In this document: positions 1 to 12,000 of the stretch, one piece after another
How positions within the stretch are numbered: the first letter of the stretch is position 1
Layout: each line of letters starts with the position of its first letter
DNA from: Candidatus Omnitrophota bacterium
GTDB taxonomy: Bacteria; Omnitrophota; Omnitrophia; Omnitrophales; Aquincolibacteriaceae
Direction of reading: 5' to 3'
Length of the DNA: 64,000 bases
Assembly (NCBI GenBank): GCA_035352955.1
Contig: DAOPYQ010000003.1
Coordinates: 208,206 to 272,205 of the forward strand
Translations under genes and position numbers: made by a program
Notes under the pieces: generated by a model
The model's input: only the letters and a program-made list of their open reading frames with translations
What the model was told of the DNA's origin: nothing
Database searches by the model: none

Positions 1-3000
1 TCGATGATCCGCCCCTGATACCTCGCGTCACTCCAGATCTGATCCGCCGTCACCTTACCCAGCGATTTCACCGCTTTTTCGTAGTACCAGGGATCCCACG
101 CCGCCCCGCCGCTCTTCCAGCCGACGATCCCGACCCCAAGCAACCTCCTCTTCGACACATTCTCATAAAGCTCTCCGACAGTTTTTACAAGGTCGATCGG
201 TTTGTTCGCGTGGAGATAAAGCGTGTTCTCGCCCATATTGACCGCCGCAAAACCAAACGTATCGCGCGCCTCTTTCGCCATCTTCACCAGAGCCCTGACG
301 AACTCCGGATAACTCCCGAGGTTCCACTCCGGCGTTCCGGGACCCTGCTGGTAATGTTTGACATATTTATCGAAAGACGCCGCTCCCAGGGTCCCTGCTT
401 CAAAGAGACCCTCCACCCAGTTGATCGGAGGATGACCCGGGAAATCTCTATCCAAAGCCGCTTTCTTCTGGGACAACCACAAAAACGCCGGCCACGACAG
501 CGAATAGCTGCCGTGACTGGCCACAACTTCTTCACCTTCGAATTCGTTGATAAGCCCGTTCTTCGGATCCGCTTTTTCGATCATCCGCGTGATCGGCTGA
601 ACTCCCGGTTTCCTCGGTTCCGGAACCTGAGCCGCGCCGAGTTTGTAGACCTCGGGGTTATTCTTGTTATAGGTCTGTCCATAGAACGCAAAACCTTCAT
701 CGATCGGATAATTGACCTCGAATTCGGGAGCGACCGCGGAATCCACCGCAAGGATCACAAGACGCGGGCCGACCTGAGAATCGTTATAGAGAACACGACC
801 GCGCTCCACCTGCTCCAGATAGGTCATGGCACCGCTCGGAGTCATCGTAAGCCCCTTATTTCTGAGCGAATGTCCCGCGGAAAGCATCTTCATCCTCGAT
901 CCTTCACCCGAGGTCAGGATCACAATAACCGTCTTGTCTTTGAATCTTTCCAGGACCTGCTCATTGGTAAGCGAAACTCCGGCCGCCCCCAACGATTCCC
1001 GCAATCCCTTCAAGATGGAATCAATGTGCCCGAGACTTCCCTCGCCGGATTCCGCCGCAATCACCAGGGGGATCTTGGAAGGCGAGAAAAGATTGGGTTG
1101 CTGCTTCTCGAGGAGTTTCCGCGTCTTCAAAACCGTTTCAGGGGACGTGATAACCATCGAAAGATCAACATCTTCGCCCGTCCGGATGGCGCGCTCAAGA
1201 CGGGCATTTGCTTTCTCAATATTATGCTGAACGAGATCCCAGCTGGGCACGCCACGGAGCTCGGCGCGGCCCTTGGTGCCCAAGATATCCTGGATCAACA
1301 CGATCGCTTGCTCCCGGGGCATCGTCGTTGCGGTCATAGATGCCCAGAGGCTCTTCGCCGTCACGGCGTCGAAATCCTTCTGCGATTCAAAGGGGAAAAC
1401 CCGGTCGATAAGCTGCGAAGAGCCGAAAGTCTCGCCCGGAAATTCGGCGGAAATATCCCCCCCGGTCTCACGAAGGACGAGATACGCGCTGACTTTCCCG
1501 TTCTTCTTCTGCCAGACCACGCTGTTCGGGACTTCACGTTTGTAAAGTTGCGGTATCACCAGTTTCAACGCACGGGCCACAACCGTCCAATCCGCGGCGC
1601 TCCAGCGCGTCACGAACACATCTTCCTCTTTCCAGTTTTCTCCCTCCGGCATCCCCTTGACCGGCCCGCGAACCTCTTCGACCGACAATCCGGTAAAGCT
1701 CTGATCAAGCCCCTCGGTGATCTTCCGACCTTCCGCATCCGATACCGCCGTCACTCGAGTCTCGTCCCATTCCGGCCCGAACGAATAGATCTTGGCATGA
1801 ATGTGAGGCTGGGACGAACCCGAAAGCGGCCCGTCAAAATGGATCGAAAGGTTCTGCGACTGCGCGACAAGCGCCGTCAGGTCGTCGATATCGCTATCGG
1901 TAAGTCTCTGGAGCAACAACTTGTCCTCCGCGTCCCAACGGGCCGGCACCAAAAGGAACGATCCCTTGGCATCGACTGGGCTGAGATTATGGACGATGAC
2001 CCATTTCCGGCCGTTCACTTCAACCACCGCGATAGGTTTCCGGTCACGAACCGAGAACTGCCCGCTGCAGATCGAACACTTCGTCTTGTCGTGGGTTTCG
2101 AAACGCGCTTTCCTCTCGGCAAACGCCGTGGGGCCTGTCGCGTTCGGCCGAATGCCCCGATGCCACACAAAACTCACTTTATAAGGTCCGACGACTTTTT
2201 CCTGAAAAACACCCGCGTGATCCTTACCCGTCAGGACCTCCGTCGCAAAATGTTCGATCGAAGCGCCATGGGAGGAGATCCTGAGGCCGCTACGGTACTC
2301 ACGGCCCGAAAGATCCCGCTGCTGACTGGTCACGTTCCCGCTCTGGATCATCGAGATCCATCCCGCGGTGAGCTCCGTGTTCCCGATCATCGCCGGGTGC
2401 CGTTTCATCTCGAAAATATCCGCTGAACCGGGCACCCGCCGTTCCTTCCGGAGCCCCTGCCCTTCGACTTGGGCTTTTTCTTCAGCCGTTACCGGCACGG
2501 TCATCATGATCGCGGCCGTTCCCGAAGGATAATAAGGATCACTGCTCTGCCCCGCGACGGGTTTGCCGTCTTCGAGCTTGAAAGCGTCTTTGCTGTTGGC
2601 CAGGATATGCGCGGCAACGATCGGATCGTCCTTGAACTCCGGCTCCAGGTTTTTCTGACGGATGAGATTCTGCATTTCTTCGATGCTGTAACCCTTGCCG
2701 CCGTCGGCCTCGCTCACATATTTCTCACCCGGGAGAACGATCATGACCGCGCGACCTTTCGCCGTCACGGCGATCAGGTCGTTCGGGTACCGGGCCGGGG
2801 TCAATTTAACGTAGAGTTTGTTCGCGGCAATAAAATATTCGCCGGTTTTCATCTCGCCCGCCGGTTTGGGCTGGATCCTGTGATAGCCCCAGAGCCAATT
2901 GGCGATCGCGCCTTCTTCGATCGCTTCGAGAACTTTCCCGTTCCGGATCATTTGGGCATACCGGGCCAGTTCCGCCATGGACTTCGGATCTCCGGCCTTT

Positions 3001-6000
3001 TCATTCTTGGATCTCGCTTCAAGGTCCGCGGCAAGCGCCTCGCGTCCCGCTCCCGTAAGATAAGGCGTCAGATCCATTTCAAAATAACCGCCGTTCTGCG
3101 CCGCTTTCAAGATCTCGGGGCGATCTTCCGGCACGATCGGACGGGCCTTACCCGACATAAGAATATCCGTATAACCAAGCGCCGTTCCGTATTGCGGCCT
3201 GCCGTCAGCTTTCCTGGCCATGAACTGAATGGAATTATAGGTCTGGTGCCCGTCGCTGAACTGGTGAGCGATCTCCGCCAGGGAAACGTTGTGCCGAACC
3301 GTCGCTTTCCCGTCCACGACCGTGTCGTTCATGATCCTCTGGCCGAACGTCGCGAAAGCGATCTCGTCACCGATGTGTTTCTCGGTCTTGTCGGCGGCAC
3401 GATAAACACGCACGCCGCCTTTGACCGAATGATCCGTTAGGAACCGGAAATCTTCGGAGGAAGCGCGACCGTCCTTCCAGACAACGGCCATGCTGTAAAC
3501 GCGCTGGCCGAACGGTTCCCCGCCGGAATAATAGAACTGGTGTTTGTTCCCGTCATACATCACGACCCAGTCGTTATGCATGAAATTGTGATTGGAATAA
3601 AGGACCCGGTGCTCTTTCGTAACGTCGCGGGATCCCGCCTGAGCCTCGATCGTTTCCCACGAGACATCCACGGGATTCGAGTGAGGCAAGGTTTCTCCCA
3701 TGAAAGTCTGCGTCCCGCCGATTTGATCGTCATAAAAATTCCCGTTCAACGACCCTGTCAGGACCTTCCCGCTCTTTGCGGTGAGCGTGACAGTTTTCAA
3801 CAGCTGATCGTTGACCAGGAGTTCCAGCCGCCCGCCCGCGGGAATAAGATCAAACGCCGGCGTGAAAGGAACCGACGATCCGACCTTCACGATCCCGGTG
3901 GCCTCAAACACCCGTCGTTCTTTACGCTCGCCAAACCGCCAGTCCTGATAGCCCGACACGCGGCGAAGATCTCCGACTCCGGCGATCGTCTTGAAATCCC
4001 AGATCAAACCCGAACGGAACTTCTCGTAATTCGGATTGGGATCCATGATCGGCTTGCCCAAAACGGGGTCGACATCGAGCATCGCGTCCTTCCGGGTCAA
4101 CATGGCCTCGGACTTCAAATGACGGGTCAGGTTTCCGGAAGCCAGATCTAGCATGAACACACCCGGCATCTTTTTGTGGGGGCTGAACGCGATCGGCTCC
4201 ACGAGACCGCCCAATGACTCCACGGCATTGAACGCCTTCTCCCAGTTCACGATCATAAACAAACGGTTGTAGGGATTGTCCGGAAGCCGCTGCGCTTCGG
4301 GTTTACTCTCCCACTCTTTGGAGAGCGCGCGCAAACGCGCCTTCACAGCCCAATCCTCGGTCGCCATGCCCTCCACAAGGAAAGAAAAGGGATCGCTGCC
4401 GCTAGTTCCCAGTCCCAGACCGCCTTTCTGCCTCGGGGTCGTGAAATTGTTAAGAGCCCAGTACAAAAGTTCCGTTTGGTGTTTTTTCTGGCGATCCAGA
4501 TACAACGCGTACATTTCGACCGGTACCGCGCTCTCCGGACGCAACGGGATCAGATCGTTCACGCGGTGGACCAGGAACGAGAGATCCGAAACCTTCCCCT
4601 GGTACCGCCCCTCCACGTACTTGTTGGCCGGCATTGCGGAAGGCGTAAATCTCTGCGCGCCCTCATCCCAGGTCAGGGAAAACCACGGCAATCTCGCGTT
4701 GGAAATATTGCAAGCGTGCCCGTAATTCTTCCTGTCAGGAACGAAGATCAGACGACCAGCCCCTTCCTCCTTCACGTACTTGAAAGGCATGGCATTATCC
4801 GGATTCATGACCATCACGATATTCCTCGGATCGAACCCGAAAAAGCGAGTGCGCCCGAAAGAAAGTTCCCGCTCGACCCTAAGGTCGCGCTCGACATCCT
4901 CGGCAACATTTTCGTTAACGCTGATCATCACGATCTTGTGTTTCAGAACCTCTTGGGGATCCAGACCCAGCGCCCGGCTCTGACTGACAAGCCCTTCACT
5001 CAGGGACAACAAGTGCCGGGCTCCCAATCCGAGATGTTTCGCCTCTTTCGGGAGCCCGCGCGGATCGTCCGCCTGTTTGATCAAACCCTCAAGATCCTTG
5101 ACCAGGTTTTCGACCGCCTGATATTCTTCACCCTCGTCCTTCACTTCCTTCTTTTCTACGGCAAGACGCTCAAGCTCCGCCTTCTGCTCTGCGGTCGGAA
5201 GATCCCCGATCTGTCCTTCGAGCGCCTTGAGTTCACCCGCGAGCCGCATAAAAGTCTTGACCTCAGGCTTTTGCGCCAATTCGCCAAGCACCTTTTTCTG
5301 ATCCGCCAAAACACGGGCCATCGCGGACCGGCGTTCTTTGAGGAGCTGGACCAGTTTCCAGGTGTCAAGATTCCACATGCGATAGGCGTTCTTGGTCTCC
5401 GGATTCTTCAAGTCCTTTTCCGTAAGAACGGCCGCGGGGCGCCCCTGGTCCTTATGCGCTTCATCCGTAAGACTTTCCCACAAACGCGTGGCCTCTCCTG
5501 CCGCAAAGATAAATTCCACAAGAGAACCGGTTCTCAACCCTTGCCGGGCGGGCTCAAGATCGGGATGCTCATCCTCCAGCCACAAGAAAGGAGCCGTCCT
5601 TAACGCGGGGACCAGTTTTTTCAGCCATGCCGAGTTAACGATGGACAGATCTTTGACATTCCCGCTAAAATTCGCTCGGTTCAGTTCATTCTCGGCTTGC
5701 TGCTTCCAGCGAAGGCTGAAGGAACGGTAGGCGATTTTCCTCAACGCCTGGCGTTCCATCGCCTGGGTCCACTCTCCCAGAGCCGCTTTATTCTCCTGGT
5801 ACAAACGGATCAGTACCAGACGCTCGAAGATCCGGAGGGTCAGTTCCGTGAGGGATTTCGCCAATTCGTCCGCGCGCAAATAAAGAGTGTTCTGGGCCGC
5901 CTGATATCCCAGATGCGGCATCACCCGCGGATCCGATACGACACGAACTTTCAGGACCTGGCGAACCCATTCTCCGTAAGGATCAAACGCTTTCCCCTCA

Positions 6001-9000
6001 GGTCCGCCAAACTCGGAAAGCGGCCAGGTAAAACCTTCCATCATCCGCATAGCATCGTCCGTCTTGGTGTGGCGGAGGCGGACGATAGAACGGCTATGAT
6101 AGCGCCCCCCCATGACCCGATCGATCTCTTCGGTCGCGCGATACACCGCCACACGCAACGATTCCGCAAGGGCTTCATCGTCTTCTACGCGAATCGAATC
6201 CAGGACCGCCTGGATCATATCCCGGCGAACGGGATCCGCCGCCTGATACTGCTGCGCCAGGGTCGACAATTCGGCGTTGGACAACAGACCAAGAATATCA
6301 ACACCGGCCTCACGAGAAATGACCGCCCGCGCCGTCTGGCGCTTTTCCACGCTCGGCGAATAAAGATCATTTCTGAGGTCCCAATCCGAGGCCCGCTTCT
6401 CAGCACGCAGAAAACCGCTATTGCGGATCCTTCGGTCACTGTATCTCAAAACAGAGGCCAGACTGGAAAGACCGGACGCGTCTTTGATATCAGCGATCCG
6501 GGCCTGCGGCGAGACCTCGGGATTATAGGTTCCCCGGATAGGAAGAATGCCGTCTTCATGAAAAACGTCCCTCCGCCTCATCATGGCGACCGAACGGATA
6601 AAATCCCCGGCCTTTATCGCTTCGTCCGAAGGCGGAATGGTCACATTCCCTTCGGGAAGCTCAAGAGTCCAGAACCCGGGAGTGGGCTTGTGCGCTTTCA
6701 ACGCCATGGTGAGCATCTGGTTATGTTCCCGAAGCCAGCGATACACCGGCCGGAAACTGACGATCTGGTGCATGCGGTTGAACGGCAGATCGGGAAGATT
6801 CAGTTCGGCCTGCGCCTGAAGCGAAAGAGTTTTCAGAGCCGCCTGGACCGCCGGCGTATAGGTCGCCAAACCCTCCACAAGCATTGAGAACGGCGCCGGA
6901 AGATCCTTGTGCCCGAGCGCCAAGCCGCCCTTCTGACGGGGTTCCGTCATATTGTTCAGGACCTCATAAAGCACCATCGCATTATTTTCCGAGGCGAGTT
7001 TTTCAAACAGAGCAAGCATGGGAATGTCCACAACGCTCTCGGGCCGCATCAGGATCATGTCATTGATACGGTGCACGATCCCCAGGAGATCGTCCGCGCT
7101 CTGGTCCTCCCAGGTCTGGATCACCGGCTCGGCGACGGACACGAACTGCCGCCGGACAGGATCGAACGAATAGGTCATGTAAGGAATATCGGCGTTGATC
7201 AGATTGAAAGCGTGGTTGTAGTTCGCCCCGCGATCCGTGTACACAAAATCCCGGGTCTCCGGATTCCAGGCGAACGCAGGCGGTTCGTCGGGATTGTAGA
7301 CCAATTTGACGTTGTCGGGGTTCAAGCCGAAAAAGTTGTTCTCGACAAAAGTTTTTCCGATGTCCTCAAGGATCTGCCGGTTAAACGAAATGATGATCTT
7401 TTGGTGGCTCAACGCCTCCGAAAAATCAAAGCCGTACTTTTGAGCGGCCGCCCGCAAGCCTTCAACAATCGTCCAGATATGACGTTTGCCGAGGCCCCAG
7501 TCCAGGCTCCCTTCCGGAACCCCTTCCCGGGCCACTCCAATCAGGTGGTCCAGTTCACCCAGTTCCGTTTGCTTTGCTTTCTTCTGAGCTTCGGTCAGGG
7601 CACTTTCCGGGGCAACTTCCTTCAAGAAGACCTGACGCTTCGCCTCAAGCTCCGGCAACTTGTCCCGAAGGCGCTGAACGATGCTCCAGCCGTTGAACCG
7701 CCACATCCGGTACTGAGGATCTTTCGCCATCTCCGGCGTGATAATGCCCCACTTCACAAGACTTTCACTCAAACGGCTTGCCGCTCCGGCCGCAAAAACA
7801 TAGTGGATCACACGCCCTGACCGGACGGCTTCTACGGCCTTGGAAACATCGATCCCCCGGGTTTCATCTTCATAGAAAAGAATCGTGGGCATCCGGAGAT
7901 CGGGAAGCATGGCCTCGACGCTTCTGGCGTTCAACGCATCGGCGGCTTTTTCGTCATCGCTTCGCTTGACGTCGCTCGGCCCTTTGGTCCCGTTCGGGGA
8001 CATCGCCGCATATTTTTCCACCGAAAAATCCGGCGGCAAAAAGTCCTTCATGCGCTGGATCGCGTCCAACCGTGCGGGGAAAGACTTGTCGCGGGCAACG
8101 TCCCGAACCTTCTTTTCAAGGTCTTCGTTCCACCCCCCGTATTCTTTTTCGGCGCGCTGACGGGCAAACAATTCGATCGCCTGCTCGATAAAATAAGCCG
8201 TCACCCAGCTTTGCGGCTTCTCCTTGATATCCGACTGCGGGATGTAGATCGCATTTTCCCGCATCTGATAGATCCAGTCAGGCGCCTTGCCTTCCTTCCC
8301 CACCGCAAAAGGAACGATCCCCGACAAAACCTCATGAACGTTAACCGTACCGAGGCTCCGTTCTTTCCCGTCCACCCGAACGTTCGGAAGGACCACCACA
8401 AGCCCTTCGGTGGCACGGAGCGCTTCGATGAATTTGGGATGATTTTTGGCCACATAAAAATTCTTCTCGGCCATGTAGAACATTTTCAGGACATAGGTCG
8501 CCGCGGCATGCAACTCCGGTTCCACAAGCGGATTTTCAGCCTCGGCGGAATTGACGATATCCAGCAACCGGTATTTGCGGGCATTATTCTTCTCTGTGAT
8601 CAAAGCCTCGATCACCCGGTCAGCGTCATTGTCCCACCGCAACATATTCTGGATGTCCAGTCCGAGCGCATGGCCCAGCATGATCCGGGCCGCCAACCGT
8701 TTCTTGCGGGCCAGAGGATCCTGGCTGTCACGAAGGAACAACCATTCGTACGCCTGGCCTTCAGACGACGGCCGAACGTCATCGCGTTTTTCGGCGCGCA
8801 AATCCGGAGAGACGAACTTGTCTTTGCTGGCGAGAAGCCCCGCGAGATCATTTAGCGGGCTTTCGAGCGCACGGAGGCTCTCGCTCACCGCGAGCTTCTT
8901 GGGATCACGCGGCTCCGCAGAAAGCTTCGTGACAACCGCCTGGATCATAGCAAACGCCTCGAGGGGACGGCTGTCGATCGCCAGGCTGACCGCCGACAAC

Positions 9001-12000
9001 TGCGCTTCAACTTGATCATCCTTCGGCAAGAATTTAAGGATCGCGGATTTCTGCTCGTCAAAAAGTCTCTGGATACTTCTGCGGCGGACTTCGATGGCTT
9101 CACTCGTCGTGACCCGGTTATAGAAATCCGACTTTACTTCCGTGCGCAGCCCCAGGCCCGCCTTCACGAGATACGAGTCCACCTCTTTTGCGTCCAGGCT
9201 CGCGGCTTTCAACCCCGCTTCGATCTGCGCTTCGGTAAGATCTTTTTTGTCCGCGGTCACGGTCACGACCCCCGCGGCTTCCAGAACGTGGACCGTGTGG
9301 TTCTCTCCCAGGATCGCTCCGACCTCGGCAACCGGCGTATTCGGTCTTCCCATGAAAACAACGACCTGCCCCTTAGAGATCATGGTCCAGTGCGGGATCT
9401 GCTCATCCTGCAGGACCTTGATCAGCTTCATCGAACTCGCGGTAAGCTCCTTTTTGTTCACGCCGCGGAAGATCACATGGGAGAGCGGCCACTCTTTGAC
9501 CTGAGAAAGGGCCACGTTTCCGTCCCTTCCGATCGTCTGGGCGCTCGACGCAAGGCTCTCGAACGGCAATCCGAACGTGGTCACATGGATGTGGAGCTGC
9601 TCGGCCGTATACCATTCGGTATTCTGAAGGAACTTCATCCCGGGATTCTGTTCGGCCAACGTCAGTGAGGTATCGACGTCGGCGGCAGTAAGGATATTCG
9701 GCCGCACCGTCTCGTCGTCCGAGATCATCAGCGTGTGGTAAGGGACCGTAAGTTCCTTCGGCGCTACCATGAAATATTTCCGGCCAAAAGCCAGCGGGTG
9801 GAAAAGGATCCCTCGCTCATTGAGAAACTTCTGTATCTTTTTGAAATAAAATCTCGTGAGATCCGTAGGCCGGTTCGGCTTCAGGCCGTCAGTGTTGGGC
9901 TTGCCCTGAGCGGCCGGGTCGATCGCCAACAGGAATTTTCCTCTAAAAAGGCGTTTGGGAATGTTGGCCTGGTTGTCCCGGACATAGGCATTCCCGCTCC
10001 AGGCGTTTTCAAAACCATGCTGAAAGCTATCCAAAGCGACTTCGTTCCCGCTATTGTCCAGTACCCTCGCAAGCTGCGGCATCTGTTCGAGCGTTGCGAT
10101 CGACTGTTTCGCGACTTCGCTTCTCGGAAGAGGCGCCGACCACGGATCTAATTGACCGTTCGCGTCTTTGTGATCCGGCCACGTATCGATCTTGTTCACT
10201 TCGGAAAGAGCAAGCTTGCCCTTCTCGACCGCGGTCTCATCGGACAGAGCGGCCACGTTCGGAAGATACGGAGCGTAGCTGAAGATCCGCATGTCCTGCG
10301 GGGCGATGCCGAGCGCCTTGGGCAATTCAACGACAGCGACCGCCCCGGCCCTCGCCTGCAGCCACGGCGTCTGGATCACAAGCACGCGCTTCGGCGAAAA
10401 ACCTTTCGGGAAATTTGTGGCGGCGCGCATCACTTTCACGGAATCGCGGAAATTAGACCCGGTATTCCGGGAAGTGATCTCCGTCGCGGTCACAGGAGCA
10501 CCGTGTTCTGCCATCACGTTCGCGTAATACGTCGCTTCCGGGATCCGCTGCCGGGTCTCAGGGTCCGTATAAACTCCGGCGGTATCGGCACTCATCCCCC
10601 ACATACCGCTCGTGATAACCGGCAAGTCCAGGTTCGCGCCACGAAGCGTCTTCACGATCTCCGCGGCATACAAAGGCACCTGATCATCCGACGAACCAAG
10701 CACCAGGACCCAATCCACATTATTCAAAAGATCCGCTTCGGTGACCGGCGTCCAAGTACCGGTCGTGCCGTCATAAACCGCCCGTTGCGCGAGATGATCC
10801 TCAAGAAGCGCCTGTTGATTCACGTCCAGCGTCGCCCGGTCTTCCGGCGTCAACGCCCTTTTCTCCGAACGACCCGCCGGCGCTGCCTCCGGACCGGCAG
10901 ACGCGGCCCGTTGAGCCAAAGCGCGCGCAGCCTCTTTCCCGGCTCTTTTTTCATTTAGCCAGGCTCTGACGGAATAGTAAACGCCATTATTACTGAACCA
11001 CGGGAAAAAGCTGACCAATACGATCATTGCGAAAATGGGCCAAAAGACCGGGAAAAAGTTGATACAGGCGAACAACAGCCCCATCGTCACGACCGTTGCG
11101 GAAATTTGATACCACTTCCCGAAGGAACCGATCCACCAGAGCAGGCCACCCATCAACCGGATAAAGGTACTGGCAATGATGAACGTCGCCCACCCCATGA
11201 ACACCGGATGAGCCCCCTGGAGAGCAAGACCAAAAGCCTGGCCGCCCCCATCCATCGACATCCCCCCGGTCCCTGTCCCCGCCGCGACAAAGAACGTGTT
11301 CGGGTCGAACTGTTTGTTGAAAAGTCCGAAGAACTGCTGGAGCGAGTGAGCATAAATCATCGCCACCGTTGAGAAAGCAGCAAGGATGCCCCGAGTCATC
11401 GACATCCGATCCGCCTGGACCGTCCCTGTCAAATCCCCCTTCTCTTCGAAAATATTTCCGTCCCAGGAATCCCCAACGGACTTCGACAAAAACCCGAACC
11501 AGAGAGGCATCGTCAGCGGAAGGTAATAGTACGGCACGACACGTTCATGGGAAAGAATCGGCAGAAGCAGACCCACCGCGATCAGGATCCCTGAAACCAG
11601 GAGAAGATGCGAGCCGATCCTGCGGAACGCCACGGCCTCATAAGGCTTCCGGACCTTGGACCCGCGGTGGTATTCATTCCACAACCAGAAGAGACACCCC
11701 GCAAGCGCCGCGTAAAGCGCTCCGGCCGTCAGGAAAGGAACCCCGAAAACGACTCCCACAATAAACGTAAGAATAATGGCCCCGCCGATAAGAGGCCCCT
11801 TTTTCGTTTTGCCGTACGCGTCAAGCCACAGTTTCAGGAACAGGGTAAAAGAACTCGCGTGTTTCGACGCGATAAAGGGCTTGATGTCTTTCTCGCTCTT
11901 AAGCCCACGGATCTGGCTAAAATGATGCTTCGGGTCCTTGAGCCAGTCCTTTTCCAGATACTGCGAAAGCCGGTGTTTGTATTCATCGGAACGAAGCGCC

